NCBI GenBank assembly: GCA_046582655.1
Contig: JAYGDX010000068.1
Location: forward strand, 1-64,000
DNA: 64,000 nucleotides
Direction: 5' to 3'
Source of the DNA: Candidatus Poribacteria bacterium
Lineage (GTDB): Bacteria; Poribacteria; WGA-4E; UBA9662
In this document: one piece after another, positions 49,782 through 60,870 of the stretch
How the letters are laid out: the number at the start of each line of letters is the position of its first letter
How positions within the stretch are numbered: the first letter of the stretch is position 1
Notes under the pieces: generated by a model
Database searches by the model: none
The model's input: the letters and a program-made list of their open reading frames with translations, nothing else
What the model was told of the DNA's origin: nothing
Program-made: the position numbers and the translations under genes

Positions 49782-51359
49782 ATGGCAACCAGCCAAACAC
49801 AGACTTCTCAAATAGCGCTAATCCGGAAAATGTTGTCGGAACTACCCGCCGCTTCAGACTACGCTCCTGTAGCAGAAGCAATAGGCCGAAGTACCGAGTT
49901 AGGTGAGATGGAGATTGCTAATTCCTTAAGTGGGTTAGTCTCGATGCCACAATCAACAATGGTCTTCGCCAATCCCGTGTCACACACAGCTAAAGTTGAT
50001 TGTAACGGAACAAATATCGAATTAAAAATCCGGAGTTTCTCCATCCGTGGATTGGTGGGAGAAAGTGAAATCGTCGCTGGAAATATAACGCCCTCCCATC
50101 TCATTTTTGTTGGCCTCTTTGGTCGCCTACCTCAAAGAACCAGTTTGATCGATGAAGAATCATTGTTCCAATCCTTAATAGATAAAAAATTTTATCAAAT
50201 TATACATGCCAAACAAAACGGTATCTCCGGCATAAAACCAATAAGCCTCCACGTTGCTGAATTTATGAAAGTTTTTTCTCAAGTTGGACCGGAGATTGCC
50301 ATCCAACATATTACAACGCTTCACAAAGCAGCATATTCAGAGAAATGGAGACAACCTCGTGGTTTTGATGACCGACGACACAATGGATATTTTTTAATCC
50401 GGAAAATTCATGTACACATGATGAATGTGGCAGTGGGTGCGATGTCGACCTATATGCGGTATCTACTCAAGGATTCACCAAGTCTAACCAAGCAGGATCT
50501 GGCAGATGAGACATGCAACTTCATTGAACAGCATAAGGGAGAAGGCAAAACTGCTTTTGAAACCTGTTATAGCCTATTGCTAGGACGAAAAGCAAACGAT
50601 GTCGAAACCAAAATTTTGGAGCGAATGGGAATAATTCAGACGCATCATGGATCCGCTGCTTCGAATATGGTTGCTCGTTACATGTCGACTTTACACGCAG
50701 TCACCGTCTCGGATTTCTTTAGTGCTGCCCAGATGATTCTTGACGGTAAACGTCATTTTGGAGCCATACATGACATGACAGCATTCATCAAAGAGCTGGA
50801 AAAAATACCAGTAACAGATCAGGTTCGAATCATCAAGGAAAAAGTAATGACAGGAGGACTCCCGACTTTCGGGCACCCAGAAATATCAGCGGCTGGTCGT
50901 GGGAATCAAATTCAACAGGATCCTCGTGCGGCAATCTATCTATCACCGTTTTTTGAAGCAATAGATCAAAAAGATCTCCGACTCTCAGGCAGGCAACTTG
51001 AGAGGCTAAAGATAGTCCAGCGCATTTATCAAATCGCTTTTATTGAAGGAATAAAAAAACCTGATCAAGAAGGCCTGCCACCGCTTCGACTAACGCCAAA
51101 CACCGATTTCGGGGCTTGGTGTGTTCAGGAGGGGTTAGGCATTGATGATCCGGACCGAACTCTATTAACCTACATTTTCAGAGGCTTTGGCTGGATAATG
51201 GATGCCAGAGAACAACTCCAGCAAAAGATTATACGCCCGGTTGTTGCGCCCCATCCCAACATTATACCCAAGGCTGATAATAACTCCACAGTTCCAGATC
51301 AGGTAGTGAATGTTCACAAGCGTCTAGCAGAAAATGATGCATTTAGCCCTTCAGAATGA
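49782..51359 (+). CDS. Divergent citrate synthase-family protein
   Basis: IRG, THHGSAAS, GKRHFGA, TFGHP, DPR, PNTDF, FRGFGW match citrate synthase catalytic motifs; precedes icd and mdh. Confidence 0.75.
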   Translation: MATSQTQTSQIALIRKMLSELPAASDYAPVAEAIGRSTELGEMEIANSLSGLVSMPQSTMVFANPVSHTAKVDCNGTNIELKIRSFSIRGLVGESEIVAGNITPSHLIFVGLFGRLPQRTSLIDEESLFQSLIDKKFYQIIHAKQNGISGIKPISLHVAEFMKVFSQVGPEIAIQHITTLHKAAYSEKWRQPRGFDDRRHNGYFLIRKIHVHMMNVAVGAMSTYMRYLLKDSPSLTKQDLADETCNFIEQHKGEGKTAFETCYSLLLGRKANDVETKILERMGIIQTHHGSAASNMVARYMSTLHAVTVSDFFSAAQMILDGKRHFGAIHDMTAFIKELEKIPVTDQVRIIKEKVMTGGLPTFGHPEISAAGRGNQIQQDPRAAIYLSPFFEAIDQKDLRLSGRQLERLKIVQRIYQIAFIEGIKKPDQEGLPPLRLTPNTDFGAWCVQEGLGIDDPDRTLLTYIFRGFGWIMDAREQLQQKIIRPVVAPHPNIIPKADNNSTVPDQVVNVHKRLAENDAFSPSE

Positions 51360-51419
51360 TGCATTTAGCCCTGCAGTTTGAGACAAGAATTAAGATCACG
51401 TTGTTTGAAAGGAGTTGAA

Positions 51420-52661
51420 ATGGACGCATTTGAGAAGCTAGAAATCCCGAAAGACGGAGAAATTATCAGCAAGGAAAATGGAAGACTGGCTGTTCCAGAT
51501 CAACCTATTATTCCTGTGATTGAAGGTGATGGGATTGGGCGTGACATCATGAAAGCGACACGCCATGTTATAGATAGGGCTGTTGAAAAAGCATATGATA
51601 ATCATAAAAAGATTGTCTGGCTTGATATTTACGCTGGTGAGAGTGGACATGAGAAATACGGTGAATGGCTGCCACAAGACACCCTAAAAGCTATCCCATT
51701 TTTCCGTGTCGCGCTTAAAGGCCCCCTTACAACACCAGTTGGTGGTGGATTTCGAAGCTTAAATGTTTCACTTCGACAACAACTTGACCTTTACGCCTGC
51801 ATTCGACCAGTACGTCACTTTGAAGGCGTTGTAACTCCAGTGCGCAAACCGGGCGATATGGATGTTGTCATCTTTCGGGAGAACACAGAAGATGTTTATG
51901 CTGGAATCGAGTGGCAACAAGGTACTGATGAGGCAAAAAGAGTAATTAACTTTCTAAAGGAAATGGGAATCAAGATCCGTGAAGACTCAGGTATAGGAGT
52001 TAAACCGATCAGCATCACTGGCACCAAACGGATTGTCCGTATGGCAATTCAGCATGCAATTGATCACAGCTGCGAGAGTGTAACAATCGTTCATAAAGGA
52101 AACATAATGAAGTACACGGAAGGCGCTTTTAGGGATTGGGGATACCAACTCGCCCAAGAAGAATTCGCGGAACAGGTGATAGCCGAATCTGATTTATGGG
52201 ACCAATATAATGGAGAAAATCCTGAAGGTAAAATCGTCATCAAAGATAGAATTGCTGATAGCATGCTGCAACAAATTCTGACGAGAACTCGTGAATACGA
52301 CGTAATTGTAACTCCCAATTTGAATGGGGACTACCTATCAGATGCGTGTGCCGCTCAAGTTGGCGGGATTGGCATGGCTCCGGGTGCGAACATTGGAGAT
52401 GAAGCAGCGTTGTTTGAAGCAACTCATGGAACAGCACCCAAATATGCGGATCAGAATGTGGCCAATCCGAGTTCACTTATACTGTCCGCGGTCATGATGC
52501 TTGAGTACATCGGCTGGCAGAAAGCCGCAGATCTAGTTATCAGAGGAATCTCGAAATCAATTTCCCAAAAGAGAGTTACTTACGACTTGGAAAGACTAAT
52601 GGAAGATGCAACCAAACTCCACACTTCCGAATTCGCATCAGCAATTATCGAAAACTTTTAA
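51420..52661 (+). CDS. icd: Isocitrate dehydrogenase (NADP, E. coli type)
   Basis: [61 protein letters not shown]. Confidence 0.97.
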   Translation: MDAFEKLEIPKDGEIISKENGRLAVPDQPIIPVIEGDGIGRDIMKATRHVIDRAVEKAYDNHKKIVWLDIYAGESGHEKYGEWLPQDTLKAIPFFRVALKGPLTTPVGGGFRSLNVSLRQQLDLYACIRPVRHFEGVVTPVRKPGDMDVVIFRENTEDVYAGIEWQQGTDEAKRVINFLKEMGIKIREDSGIGVKPISITGTKRIVRMAIQHAIDHSCESVTIVHKGNIMKYTEGAFRDWGYQLAQEEFAEQVIAESDLWDQYNGENPEGKIVIKDRIADSMLQQILTRTREYDVIVTPNLNGDYLSDACAAQVGGIGMAPGANIGDEAALFEATHGTAPKYADQNVANPSSLILSAVMMLEYIGWQKAADLVIRGISKSISQKRVTYDLERLMEDATKLHTSEFASAIIENF

Positions 52662-52673
52662 GGAAAACATGAA

Positions 52674-53600
52674 ATGAGCAGAAAAAAAATTAGTGTTATT
52701 GGAGCTGGTAACGTTGGTGCGACGGCAGCATTTCTCATAGCCCAAAAACAACTTGGTGATGTCGTGATGGTCGATATCATTGATGGTATTCCTCAAGGCA
52801 AAGCACTTGACATGGCGCAAACAGGACCAGTTGAAATGTTTGATGCCAATATATCCGGAGCGCTTGATTATGAAGAGACAGCTGAATCAGATGTGGTGAT
52901 TATTACTTCTGGATCTCCTCGGAAACCGGGTATGACACGTGAAGATCTTTTAAATACCAATGCAAAAATTGTTGGGAATGTTACCGAGAATGTTGCCAGA
53001 CACTCTCCCAATACTACACTAGTGATGCTGACTAACCCACTTGATATTATGACATATCACGCTTGGAAAGTTTCTGGATTTCCTCAGAATCGAGTCGTTG
53101 GACAAGCTGGTGTTCTTGACTCTGCAAGATTTCGCACTTTCATCTCCATGGAACTTGGAGTCTCCGTTGAAGACATCACTGCAATGGTAATGGGTGGTCA
53201 TGGTGACACCATGGTGCCGTTACCTCGTTATACAACCGTCGGCGGCATTCCAATTACGCAACTCATTTCAGAGGAAAGAATCGAAGAGATATCGGACCGG
53301 ACACGTAATGGTGGCGGTGAGATTGTTAATCTGCTTAAAGTTAGTGGTTATTACGCTGCTGGTGCATCACTAGCCCAGATGGCTGAGGCAATTATTCTAG
53401 ACAAAAAACGATTAATCCCCTGTTCAGCGTACCTTACTGGTCAATATGGCATCAATGACTTATACATCGGTGTTCCAGTTAAATTAGGCGCAAACGGGGT
53501 TGAAGATATTCTTGAAATTGAGCTCGAGGAAAGCGAACTAGAAGCACTTCAAAAGTCCTCACAGACCTATCGTGAAGGTATTCAGGTGATAGGTTACTAA
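52674..53600 (+). CDS. mdh: Malate dehydrogenase (LDH-like)
   Basis: IGAGNVG, PRKPGMTREDL, TNPLD, LDSAR, GGHGD. Confidence 0.96.
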   Translation: MSRKKISVIGAGNVGATAAFLIAQKQLGDVVMVDIIDGIPQGKALDMAQTGPVEMFDANISGALDYEETAESDVVIITSGSPRKPGMTREDLLNTNAKIVGNVTENVARHSPNTTLVMLTNPLDIMTYHAWKVSGFPQNRVVGQAGVLDSARFRTFISMELGVSVEDITAMVMGGHGDTMVPLPRYTTVGGIPITQLISEERIEEISDRTRNGGGEIVNLLKVSGYYAAGASLAQMAEAIILDKKRLIPCSAYLTGQYGINDLYIGVPVKLGANGVEDILEIELEESELEALQKSSQTYREGIQVIGY

Positions 53601-53945
53601 ATCAGCTGAAAATCCCTCCTGATATGCCCTGTTCTTCCATACTGTTAGCTCGGAATCATGGCGTAATCTTTATTTTAATGGCACATATGTCGATGTATCC
53701 GGCATTAATTCCGCAAGCTGTGGACATTGGAACTGTCCAGTTTTTAAACGCGCTCCAAGATTTAATGGCGGTGAGACCTTATCAGCCTGTGGAACTAACC
53801 TCGATTATCGTTGAACTTTCAATGCCTAGTTGTGTTAACCGCTTTGAAGGATGTGAAATTACTGTTAGCTGCACGATTGCTGCACACGGAGAGGGCTTCT
53901 GGGAGGCGTAGGATGGATTATGGCATGACTGAAGGGGCAAAGGAG

Positions 53946-55493
53946 ATGAAATTCGATCCGATTAAGCTGGAACTTTACAGGAATATCCTGAACTCGATTG
54001 CTGAAGAAATGGGAGTCGCGCTTTGCCGATCAGCCCTGTCAACAAATATCAAGGAAAGACGGGATTTTTCTTGTGCTATATTCAATCGGCACGGAAAAAT
54101 GATTGCACAGGCCGCCCATATTCCAGTGCATCTTGGATCAATGCCCCTCTCAGTTTTGTCAGTAATTGAGGACCTTGGGATGTCGAAAGGTGACATGGTT
54201 ATTCTAAACGATCCATTCCGTGGTGGCACACATCTACCCGACATTACACTGGTTGCACCAGTTTTCATTGAGGAAGAGACTCCAATTTTTTTTGTTGCCA
54301 ATCGTGCTCATCATGCTGACGTTGGCGGAATAACACCAGGGTCAATGCCACTTTCAACCCATATAATTCAAGAAGGTATTCGCATTCCACCAATCAAGAT
54401 TGTCGAAAATGACGAGATTCGGGGTGATGTGTTCGGTCTGCTGCTTTCTAATGTACGTACACCAGAGGAACGGCGTGGTGATTTGGAATCACAAATATCG
54501 ACCAACCGGATCGGGAAACAACGACTCATTGAAACTTCAGAAAAATATGGTATTACTGAAGTCAGCGATTATATGAATCAACTCCAAGAGTATTCGGCTC
54601 GAGTAATGCGACAAATTCTCTGTCATCTCCCAGATGGTTCGTACACCTTTTCGGATTTTCTCGATGACGATGGTATCGATAACCATCCTATTGAACTTTG
54701 TGTAAAGATAACCATTGATGGTACAGAGGCTATTATCGACTTCACTGGGAGCGCTGATCAGGTCAAAGGAAGTATGAATGCAACATATGCTATTACAGTT
54801 TCCGCCGTGTTTTACGTTTTCCAGTGTCTTGCCTGTGGTGACATACCATCAAATTCAGGGTGTCTTGATCCAATTGAAATCATTGCCCCAGCAGGTTCTA
54901 TCGTAAACGCTCAATTTCCCGCAGCGGTGGCGGGAGGTAATGTCGAAACATCCCAACGGATTGTAGATGTCCTCCTTGGTGCATTAGCCAAGGCATGCCC
55001 GGATCGCATTCCAGCGGCAAGTTCTGGAACAATGAATAACCTAACTATCGGCAATCAGAATTACACCTACTACGAGACAATTGGTGGTGGAATGGGGGCT
55101 AATCCAAATCGGGACGGTATTTCGGCCATCCAAACTCATATGACCAATACACTCAATACACCAATTGAATCAATTGAAACATCTTATCCTTTGCAAGTTG
55201 AAAAATATAGAATTCGATCCAACAGTGGTGGAGCGGGAAGATTTCGTGGCGGTGACGGTATCGTTAGATCCTTCCGTCTGCTTTTGCCTGCGCAAGTCAC
55301 AATTCTATCTGAACGGAGAAAGTTTGCCCCATATGGGCTCGATGGTGGAGAATCAGGAGAGACTGGTCGCAATACACTAAAACGGAACAATCAAGATATC
55401 GAGCTTGACGGAAAAGTAAGCTTCACTGGAGATAACGAAGACGTTATCGAAATTAGAACACCAGGCGGAGGAGGATTTGGCGCTTTGAAGTAA
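53946..55493 (+). CDS. Hydantoinase B/5-oxoprolinase family protein
   Basis: [52 protein letters not shown]; start approximate. Confidence 0.93.
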   Translation: MKFDPIKLELYRNILNSIAEEMGVALCRSALSTNIKERRDFSCAIFNRHGKMIAQAAHIPVHLGSMPLSVLSVIEDLGMSKGDMVILNDPFRGGTHLPDITLVAPVFIEEETPIFFVANRAHHADVGGITPGSMPLSTHIIQEGIRIPPIKIVENDEIRGDVFGLLLSNVRTPEERRGDLESQISTNRIGKQRLIETSEKYGITEVSDYMNQLQEYSARVMRQILCHLPDGSYTFSDFLDDDGIDNHPIELCVKITIDGTEAIIDFTGSADQVKGSMNATYAITVSAVFYVFQCLACGDIPSNSGCLDPIEIIAPAGSIVNAQFPAAVAGGNVETSQRIVDVLLGALAKACPDRIPAASSGTMNNLTIGNQNYTYYETIGGGMGANPNRDGISAIQTHMTNTLNTPIESIETSYPLQVEKYRIRSNSGGAGRFRGGDGIVRSFRLLLPAQVTILSERRKFAPYGLDGGESGETGRNTLKRNNQDIELDGKVSFTGDNEDVIEIRTPGGGGFGALK

Positions 55494-55593
55494 TTTTTTT
55501 TAGCCTCAACCTCCGTGTTACTATCTCCCAACTGACCAAAAAATCGACGAACCGTCAGAACTGATACCTGACACCTTTGTCGATTTTCTTACG

Positions 55594-56127
55594 CTAATAC
55601 TCACGAACGCGAATATTACGGAATGAAACCGGACCATGATCGCCCTGTAGCATCAATGGGCCTTTGGCCGGGTTATCATCACCCAGTTGCCCACCAGTTG
55701 GACCATTAATAGTAACATTATCATGAATTTTTTTGCCGTTTAGTGTTACTGTCAGTACCATTTCCTTGAGTGTAATATCCATAATTTGCCATTCACCCGC
55801 CGGGTTTGTGGCTTCTACGTCAGGACGTTTCTGGTTGTAAAGAGCGCCGTTCTCTGCAGGATAATCATAGGTTTTCCCCAAACTATCTAAAACTTGTAAT
55901 TCGTAACGACCACGCAGGTAGATACCACTGTTACTCCCTTCAGGAAACAGATACTCAATGTGTAGGTCGAAGTCACCAAATTCATCCTCAGTAATAATAT
56001 CAACAGCATGCTTTGTATTTTCAAGAATACCATTATGAGCAACCCACGCATGCTCTTGATTGGTGTGACGCATTCGCCAACCACTTAAATCTTTACCATT
56101 AAAAATTTCGATCCATTTACTGTCCAT
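55594..56127 (-). CDS. DUF1080 (3-keto-disaccharide hydrolase) family protein
   Basis: IFNGKDLSGW, NSGIYLRG, YELQVLD, LQGDHG, FRNIRVRE. Confidence 0.9.
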   Translation of the reverse strand: MDSKWIEIFNGKDLSGWRMRHTNQEHAWVAHNGILENTKHAVDIITEDEFGDFDLHIEYLFPEGSNSGIYLRGRYELQVLDSLGKTYDYPAENGALYNQKRPDVEATNPAGEWQIMDITLKEMVLTVTLNGKKIHDNVTINGPTGGQLGDDNPAKGPLMLQGDHGPVSFRNIRVREY

Positions 56128-56555
56128 AATTATCTCCCAATTCACAAATATTTGTAGCATTCTAAGACATTAAACATATTGTAATAGAATTGCTAGATAA
56201 AAAACAAGCGCGGATATCGTCAAAAATCAATTTACGATTTTCCAAAATTATACCTACAATAAAACACATGATACTGACTGTTGCCGTAATTTTTTCATGT
56301 CCTTAACCAGATATCACTGATAATCACATCCAAGTTGCAGGAAATTAACCCGCGCCGGTTAGAGTTTCAAGGAGTATGAATTGCATTGAAAGAGTATTTA
56401 GAGTCCTTTTCTCTAGAATTCAGCCAAATTTTTGGGCCGCGTTGACACGTCCAAATTGGAACACGATTGTAACTTAATTGGACTTGATCTTTTCCCACGA
56501 AGCATTGAACATTGAATCGGCTGTTACATCGACTTGAACCTGCCCCCGCAGTGTT

Positions 56556-57047
56556 CAGTTTGTTATGGGCAGAAGATAAAAGTCATTCCCTTGTGATTGC
56601 AGCTGTAAGCCAAATGATAAGATGAGCAAGAATGATCATTTTCGTTCTACGCTGCAGAAAGACAACTAGCGTGGTTTTGAGCCAAAATGTGTTCTCTTTG
56701 ACAGTTGGTATTCTGGTTTATGACAACCTGAAAGCAATTGGCAATATCGGATGGATGTGGCTGACCAGGTTGAAAATGAATAGTCTGCTTAACCCAGATG
56801 GTTTGGTCTAATTCAAATCAATCAACTACCAATTGGAGTCCTTGGCCTGACAGCTCATCTTAGAGGTTATGGTTAGGTCAAAATGTTCAATATAGTATCC
56901 ACCAAACGATGCATTGAACGGGAAAAAGTCCGTTCCGACTAGGGACAACGGAATCATATTGGTTTGAAGTAAATAGGGGTTGTCCGCACCGCTGTCTGTG
57001 TATGCTTATTTAAATCTTTTTACCAATTATTTCCTGCTGCGCAACTT
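56556..57047 (+). mobile_element. Decayed IS701-family transposase remnant
   Basis: Interrupted frames KNDHFRSTLQ...RGFEPKCVLFDSWYSG (VLFDSWY at 56691-56711), NLKAI...WLTRLK...NPDG, HLRGYG, QRNHIGL; stops and frameshifts. Confidence 0.75.
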
Positions 57048-57068
57048 ATATTGATTTAGGAATCACAA

Positions 57069-57926
57069 CTACCCGTTAATCCAGCGGTGGTACTCATTTA
57101 AGATAATCTCTCGTGAACAACTTGGTCGATACACCATCCGAGCATTAAAACCGTATTTAGTATTGACCTGATAATCAGGAATAATGAACTGGAAATCCCA
57201 AGCCGGGTTAGTAGTTTGATACTGGCTATTTGTTCCTCCACCAGATGGTGAATGGGTAATTCGGATACCTTCGTTACGATCAAACATCACAATCCAGATA
57301 TGCTCATCGAACAGCCCATAAAACAAGGGAAGTTGGTAGAGCATAGGCGAGAAGTTACGAAATAGCGCATCACCATAATCGTGGTTGAAGGTCAGTTGCA
57401 TGTCATCACCAACATGGCAGACTGTGCTTTCGTCGTTGTGCCGTTGGGTACAGAGTTGCGCCCAGTGTGAGTTGTCGTTCTGAAAATAGATGCTTTTATC
57501 AAGCGGTGCATTAATATAACTAGCCCAGAACAACCCAATATAACCACCTTCAAACACATGCTGGTGCGCCAAAAAACGGAAATTGATATCTATGTAATAC
57601 GGTTCAACGAATTTGAAGAGGGTCCAACTTTCAAGGAAAAACGTAGGTGTAGGTGGCTGATACAGTTCGGCTTCACTATCCGATAGACGGCGAAACGTCA
57701 TCGGCGCGTGACGCGGTTCAAAGAAGATTTCGGGTGAACCGTTGGTATGGCCGTCGAAAATATGTTCCAGATTCCAACCAGCGTAGGTTGGAACAAACAG
57801 GTTTCGTTGACTGGATTCGTGTGTCAGGTGCCAGATTCCATTGTAGCCAACACGGTGGTCGGCGTCTGCCGCATTATCTCCGACTATAGCGGTCAATTCA
57901 CCAACTTTGAATGTGGCGGACTCCAT
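57069..57926 (-). CDS. Hypothetical protein, possible galactose-mutarotase-like beta-sandwich
   Basis: 285-aa ORF with GGAG RBS; HRVGYNG, LEHIFDG, LFWASYI, NPAWDFQ; fold assignment tentative. Confidence 0.6.
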   Translation of the reverse strand: MESATFKVGELTAIVGDNAADADHRVGYNGIWHLTHESSQRNLFVPTYAGWNLEHIFDGHTNGSPEIFFEPRHAPMTFRRLSDSEAELYQPPTPTFFLESWTLFKFVEPYYIDINFRFLAHQHVFEGGYIGLFWASYINAPLDKSIYFQNDNSHWAQLCTQRHNDESTVCHVGDDMQLTFNHDYGDALFRNFSPMLYQLPLFYGLFDEHIWIVMFDRNEGIRITHSPSGGGTNSQYQTTNPAWDFQFIIPDYQVNTKYGFNARMVYRPSCSREIILNEYHRWING

Positions 57927-58097
57927 GTCTTGTTTTCTCCTTTGCCTGATTCTCCGACTCCTCCGATTATAGCATCAACATGAAAAATTGGGGATAAATT
58001 TTCTCGTTGATTTATGCGATACAAAATGTATAATGTCGGTAGCCAAAATACGTTTTCCAGATTCAAGAACATTTGTACTGAACAAAGGAAACATCGC

Positions 58098-58937
58098 ATG
58101 AGCACATTCCATCTGACAGATCAGCAAGTAAGTTTTTTTCATACATTTGGTTATCTCAGTTTCCCCGGGTTAATGACAGATTGTATTGAGGAGATTGAAT
58201 CAGCCTTTGAAGCCCTATGGGCAGAAAACGGTGGTGGACACAATGGTCAGCCACATGATGGTAAAGCCAGATCCTGTATAGCACAGTTTATTGGCCAAAG
58301 CGAGCGATTAAGCGCGTTGCTGGATGATCCACGTATTCTTGTTATCGCCAAAACACTACTTGGCGATAACTTCAATTACATGGGTAGCGACGGCAATTAC
58401 TACGTTGGTGATACCGGTTGGCATTCCGACGGATGGCGCAAGGAGATATTGCACATCAAGATCGCCTTCTACCTTGATCCGCTGACTCGCGATACAGGTT
58501 GTCTCCGCGTAGTCCCAGGGAGTCACCTCCTCGGCGATAGCTATGCCGATTCGCTCTCCCAAAAAACTCGTAAGAGTCAGGAGTTGTGGGGAATCAGTGG
58601 GCAACAGGTGCCAGCCACTGATTTTGAAACGCAGCCAGGCGACGTGGTTTGCTTCAATCACAATATCAAGCATGCTACTTTTGGTGGTGGTACCCGTCGA
58701 CGTATGTTTACCATGAACTGTTGTCAGCGTTACCCGGAAGACCGTCTGGAAGATTTTCGCAACTACATTAGTGGTGGCGCCCGGTTCTGGGTCGAGCGAG
58801 GATATGGTGAGGTGATGATTCGCACAGCTGGACCAAAACGGATGCGGCATCTGGAACAGAAACTGGCTAACGACGGACATCTGGCCGAACTCTCCCGCCA
58901 AGCTCGTAACGCTATGTCAGAACCTTCGCGAGGATAA
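58098..58937 (+). CDS. Phytanoyl-CoA dioxygenase (PhyH) family 2OG-Fe(II) oxygenase
   Basis: FHTFGYL, WHSD, GCLRVVPGSH, PGDVVCF...HA. Confidence 0.92.
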   Translation: MSTFHLTDQQVSFFHTFGYLSFPGLMTDCIEEIESAFEALWAENGGGHNGQPHDGKARSCIAQFIGQSERLSALLDDPRILVIAKTLLGDNFNYMGSDGNYYVGDTGWHSDGWRKEILHIKIAFYLDPLTRDTGCLRVVPGSHLLGDSYADSLSQKTRKSQELWGISGQQVPATDFETQPGDVVCFNHNIKHATFGGGTRRRMFTMNCCQRYPEDRLEDFRNYISGGARFWVERGYGEVMIRTAGPKRMRHLEQKLANDGHLAELSRQARNAMSEPSRG

Positions 58938-58998
58938 TCTTCAGATATATCACAAGTCATAATAAATTTTCAACTTTAGTAAAAGAAAGAAAGGAAGT

Positions 58999-60067
58999 AT
59001 GAAGCCTAAATTTCGGGTTGGCATCGTCGGCGCCGTATCCAGTTACAGCCTGCATTATGGCCAGACGCTTTGGGACATGCCGGGCATTGAGTTGGCCAGT
59101 TTGGCCTATCTGGGGCGAGACCCAAAATATATTAAACATTCGCTCAACCTGCCGTGGCTGGCTAAGTATCCGAAAACGCTCGAAAGTTACGCTGAAACAT
59201 TCAAAACGCAGATCTACGAAACAGTAGATCATAATGGTTGCAAGTAGCAAACCGGACGCGGTTTGTATTTGTGCCGAAGACTATCTGCATCAGCACTACG
59301 CCTTACAAGCAGTCGCTAGCGGGATGCATGTGTTCCTGCCTAAACCGTTTGCTCGTTCCAGTGAAGAAGCCGAGACCATGTTCAAGGCGGCAAATACGAA
59401 TAATCTAGTGATGGTTGGAAGTTTACCTCATCGTTTCCAAGCTGCATCTGCTACTGCTCGTCAAGCAATCGACGATGATAAAATTGGATGTCCGGTTTCT
59501 GGTCACTTTTCCATCGCGCACCATCTCTCGCTAGGAGGTTGGAAGAGTGATCCTAGCATGGCCGCAGGGCCAGAACTGGAGGTTGGTTTCTACGCTTTTG
59601 ATCTAATGCGGATGCTGATGAAAAGCGAACCGCAAACGATAATGGGTATTGGTGTCAATCTCGACCATCATGGAATTCCTTACATCGATAACGGTAAATG
59701 TATTATCAAATGCCAAAACGGCGCCTTGGCGTCAATTGATCTCATTTTTTCCATACACCAACCTTTTTCCGCTGCTCGAAAAATGCATGTAGTTGGTGAT
59801 GAAGGGGCTTTAACGATAGAACCTGATCCGAACACTGATGGGGAGTGCGTCGCCATCTACAGACCAGATAGAATTGAGCGGCAGAAAATTCCCAAATGGG
59901 ATCCCCACGCCAAGGAGTTAGGTGCCTGGATAGATCTCTGTCGGAACGGAGGAGATTCCACCAAATGGCAACAGGAAGGGTTGCGGACACTTGCGATGAT
60001 TTCCGCTTACAAGCAAGCCTACCAAAACAACGAGATGTTAACCTTGGATCAGGAGGGAAAAAGTTAA
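58999..60067 (+). pseudogene. Gfo/Idh/MocA oxidoreductase split by a single-base frameshift
   Basis: ORFs 58999-59247 (RVGIVG Rossmann start) and 59234-60067 (PDAVCI, HVFLPKP) join in frame if one base near 59231-59233 is removed. Confidence 0.8.
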
Positions 60068-60822
60068 TGGATTGGTACGGACATACTTTTGCATTCAAGG
60101 TTCGGGTGGATGTCGAGCATGTCGAAGCTCAAAGATATATCGGTGACTTTCGCATGACAAAGGTATCAGTGATCAACCTTCTGGATTTGCTGGATGAAAT
60201 TAGTGTCAAGTTATCGTTTTGCGTACTGGGCATTACGGCTGAGTTTTATCCCAATCTCATCGCCGAAGTTATCGAGGCTGGACATGAGGTCTACGGACAC
60301 AGTATGTATCACGAACCTGCCTTAGCCGAACGGCCATTAACTGAACAACACCATGAAATGCGACGTATGCGGGAGGCTATTAAAAATGCTGGTGGGATTG
60401 ACGTGCGCGGTGTTGGAATTCCTCATCACGGCATGGCAGACGAGAACACATTGCGTGCGATCGTAGAGGTGGGGATCGAGTACGTGGAATCAAGGTTTCA
60501 AGCTAAAAATTCAGTCCTCCCCAAATGGCGTTCCATCGATGGCACAAATCTCAAAGTGATTGTGCCGGGCGACCAGAGTCGTGGTGCTTCAGATTACACC
60601 GACCGGCGTCCGTATTGGGCTCAGGTACACGAGGAAACATTCAGTCCAACCAATGCCAAAACCAAGTGGATGGCAAATATCGATTGGGCCAAAGAAAATG
60701 GAAGAATGGCACAGTTAGTCATCCATCCGTGGATGCTGATGGTCAACCCAGGCGAAGTCAAAGTAATAAAAGATCTGCTAATCTACGCCCGTGATCAAGG
60801 AGCTTGGATGGCAACCGTTTGA
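60067..60822 (+). CDS. Polysaccharide deacetylase (NodB/CE4-like) family protein
   Basis: VDVE, GHEVYGHSMYH, LVIHPW; TAATG-coupled start. Confidence 0.85.
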   Translation: MDWYGHTFAFKVRVDVEHVEAQRYIGDFRMTKVSVINLLDLLDEISVKLSFCVLGITAEFYPNLIAEVIEAGHEVYGHSMYHEPALAERPLTEQHHEMRRMREAIKNAGGIDVRGVGIPHHGMADENTLRAIVEVGIEYVESRFQAKNSVLPKWRSIDGTNLKVIVPGDQSRGASDYTDRRPYWAQVHEETFSPTNAKTKWMANIDWAKENGRMAQLVIHPWMLMVNPGEVKVIKDLLIYARDQGAWMATV

Positions 60823-60870
60823 AGGGTTAATTAATTTGACACAAGACTAACACCCTAAAAGGAGAAGCAT

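Noticed and set aside
53624..53911. 95-aa ORF or ncRNA between mdh and the hydantoinase B gene
   Set aside because: No recognisable motif, RBS or known RNA signature; cannot support either.
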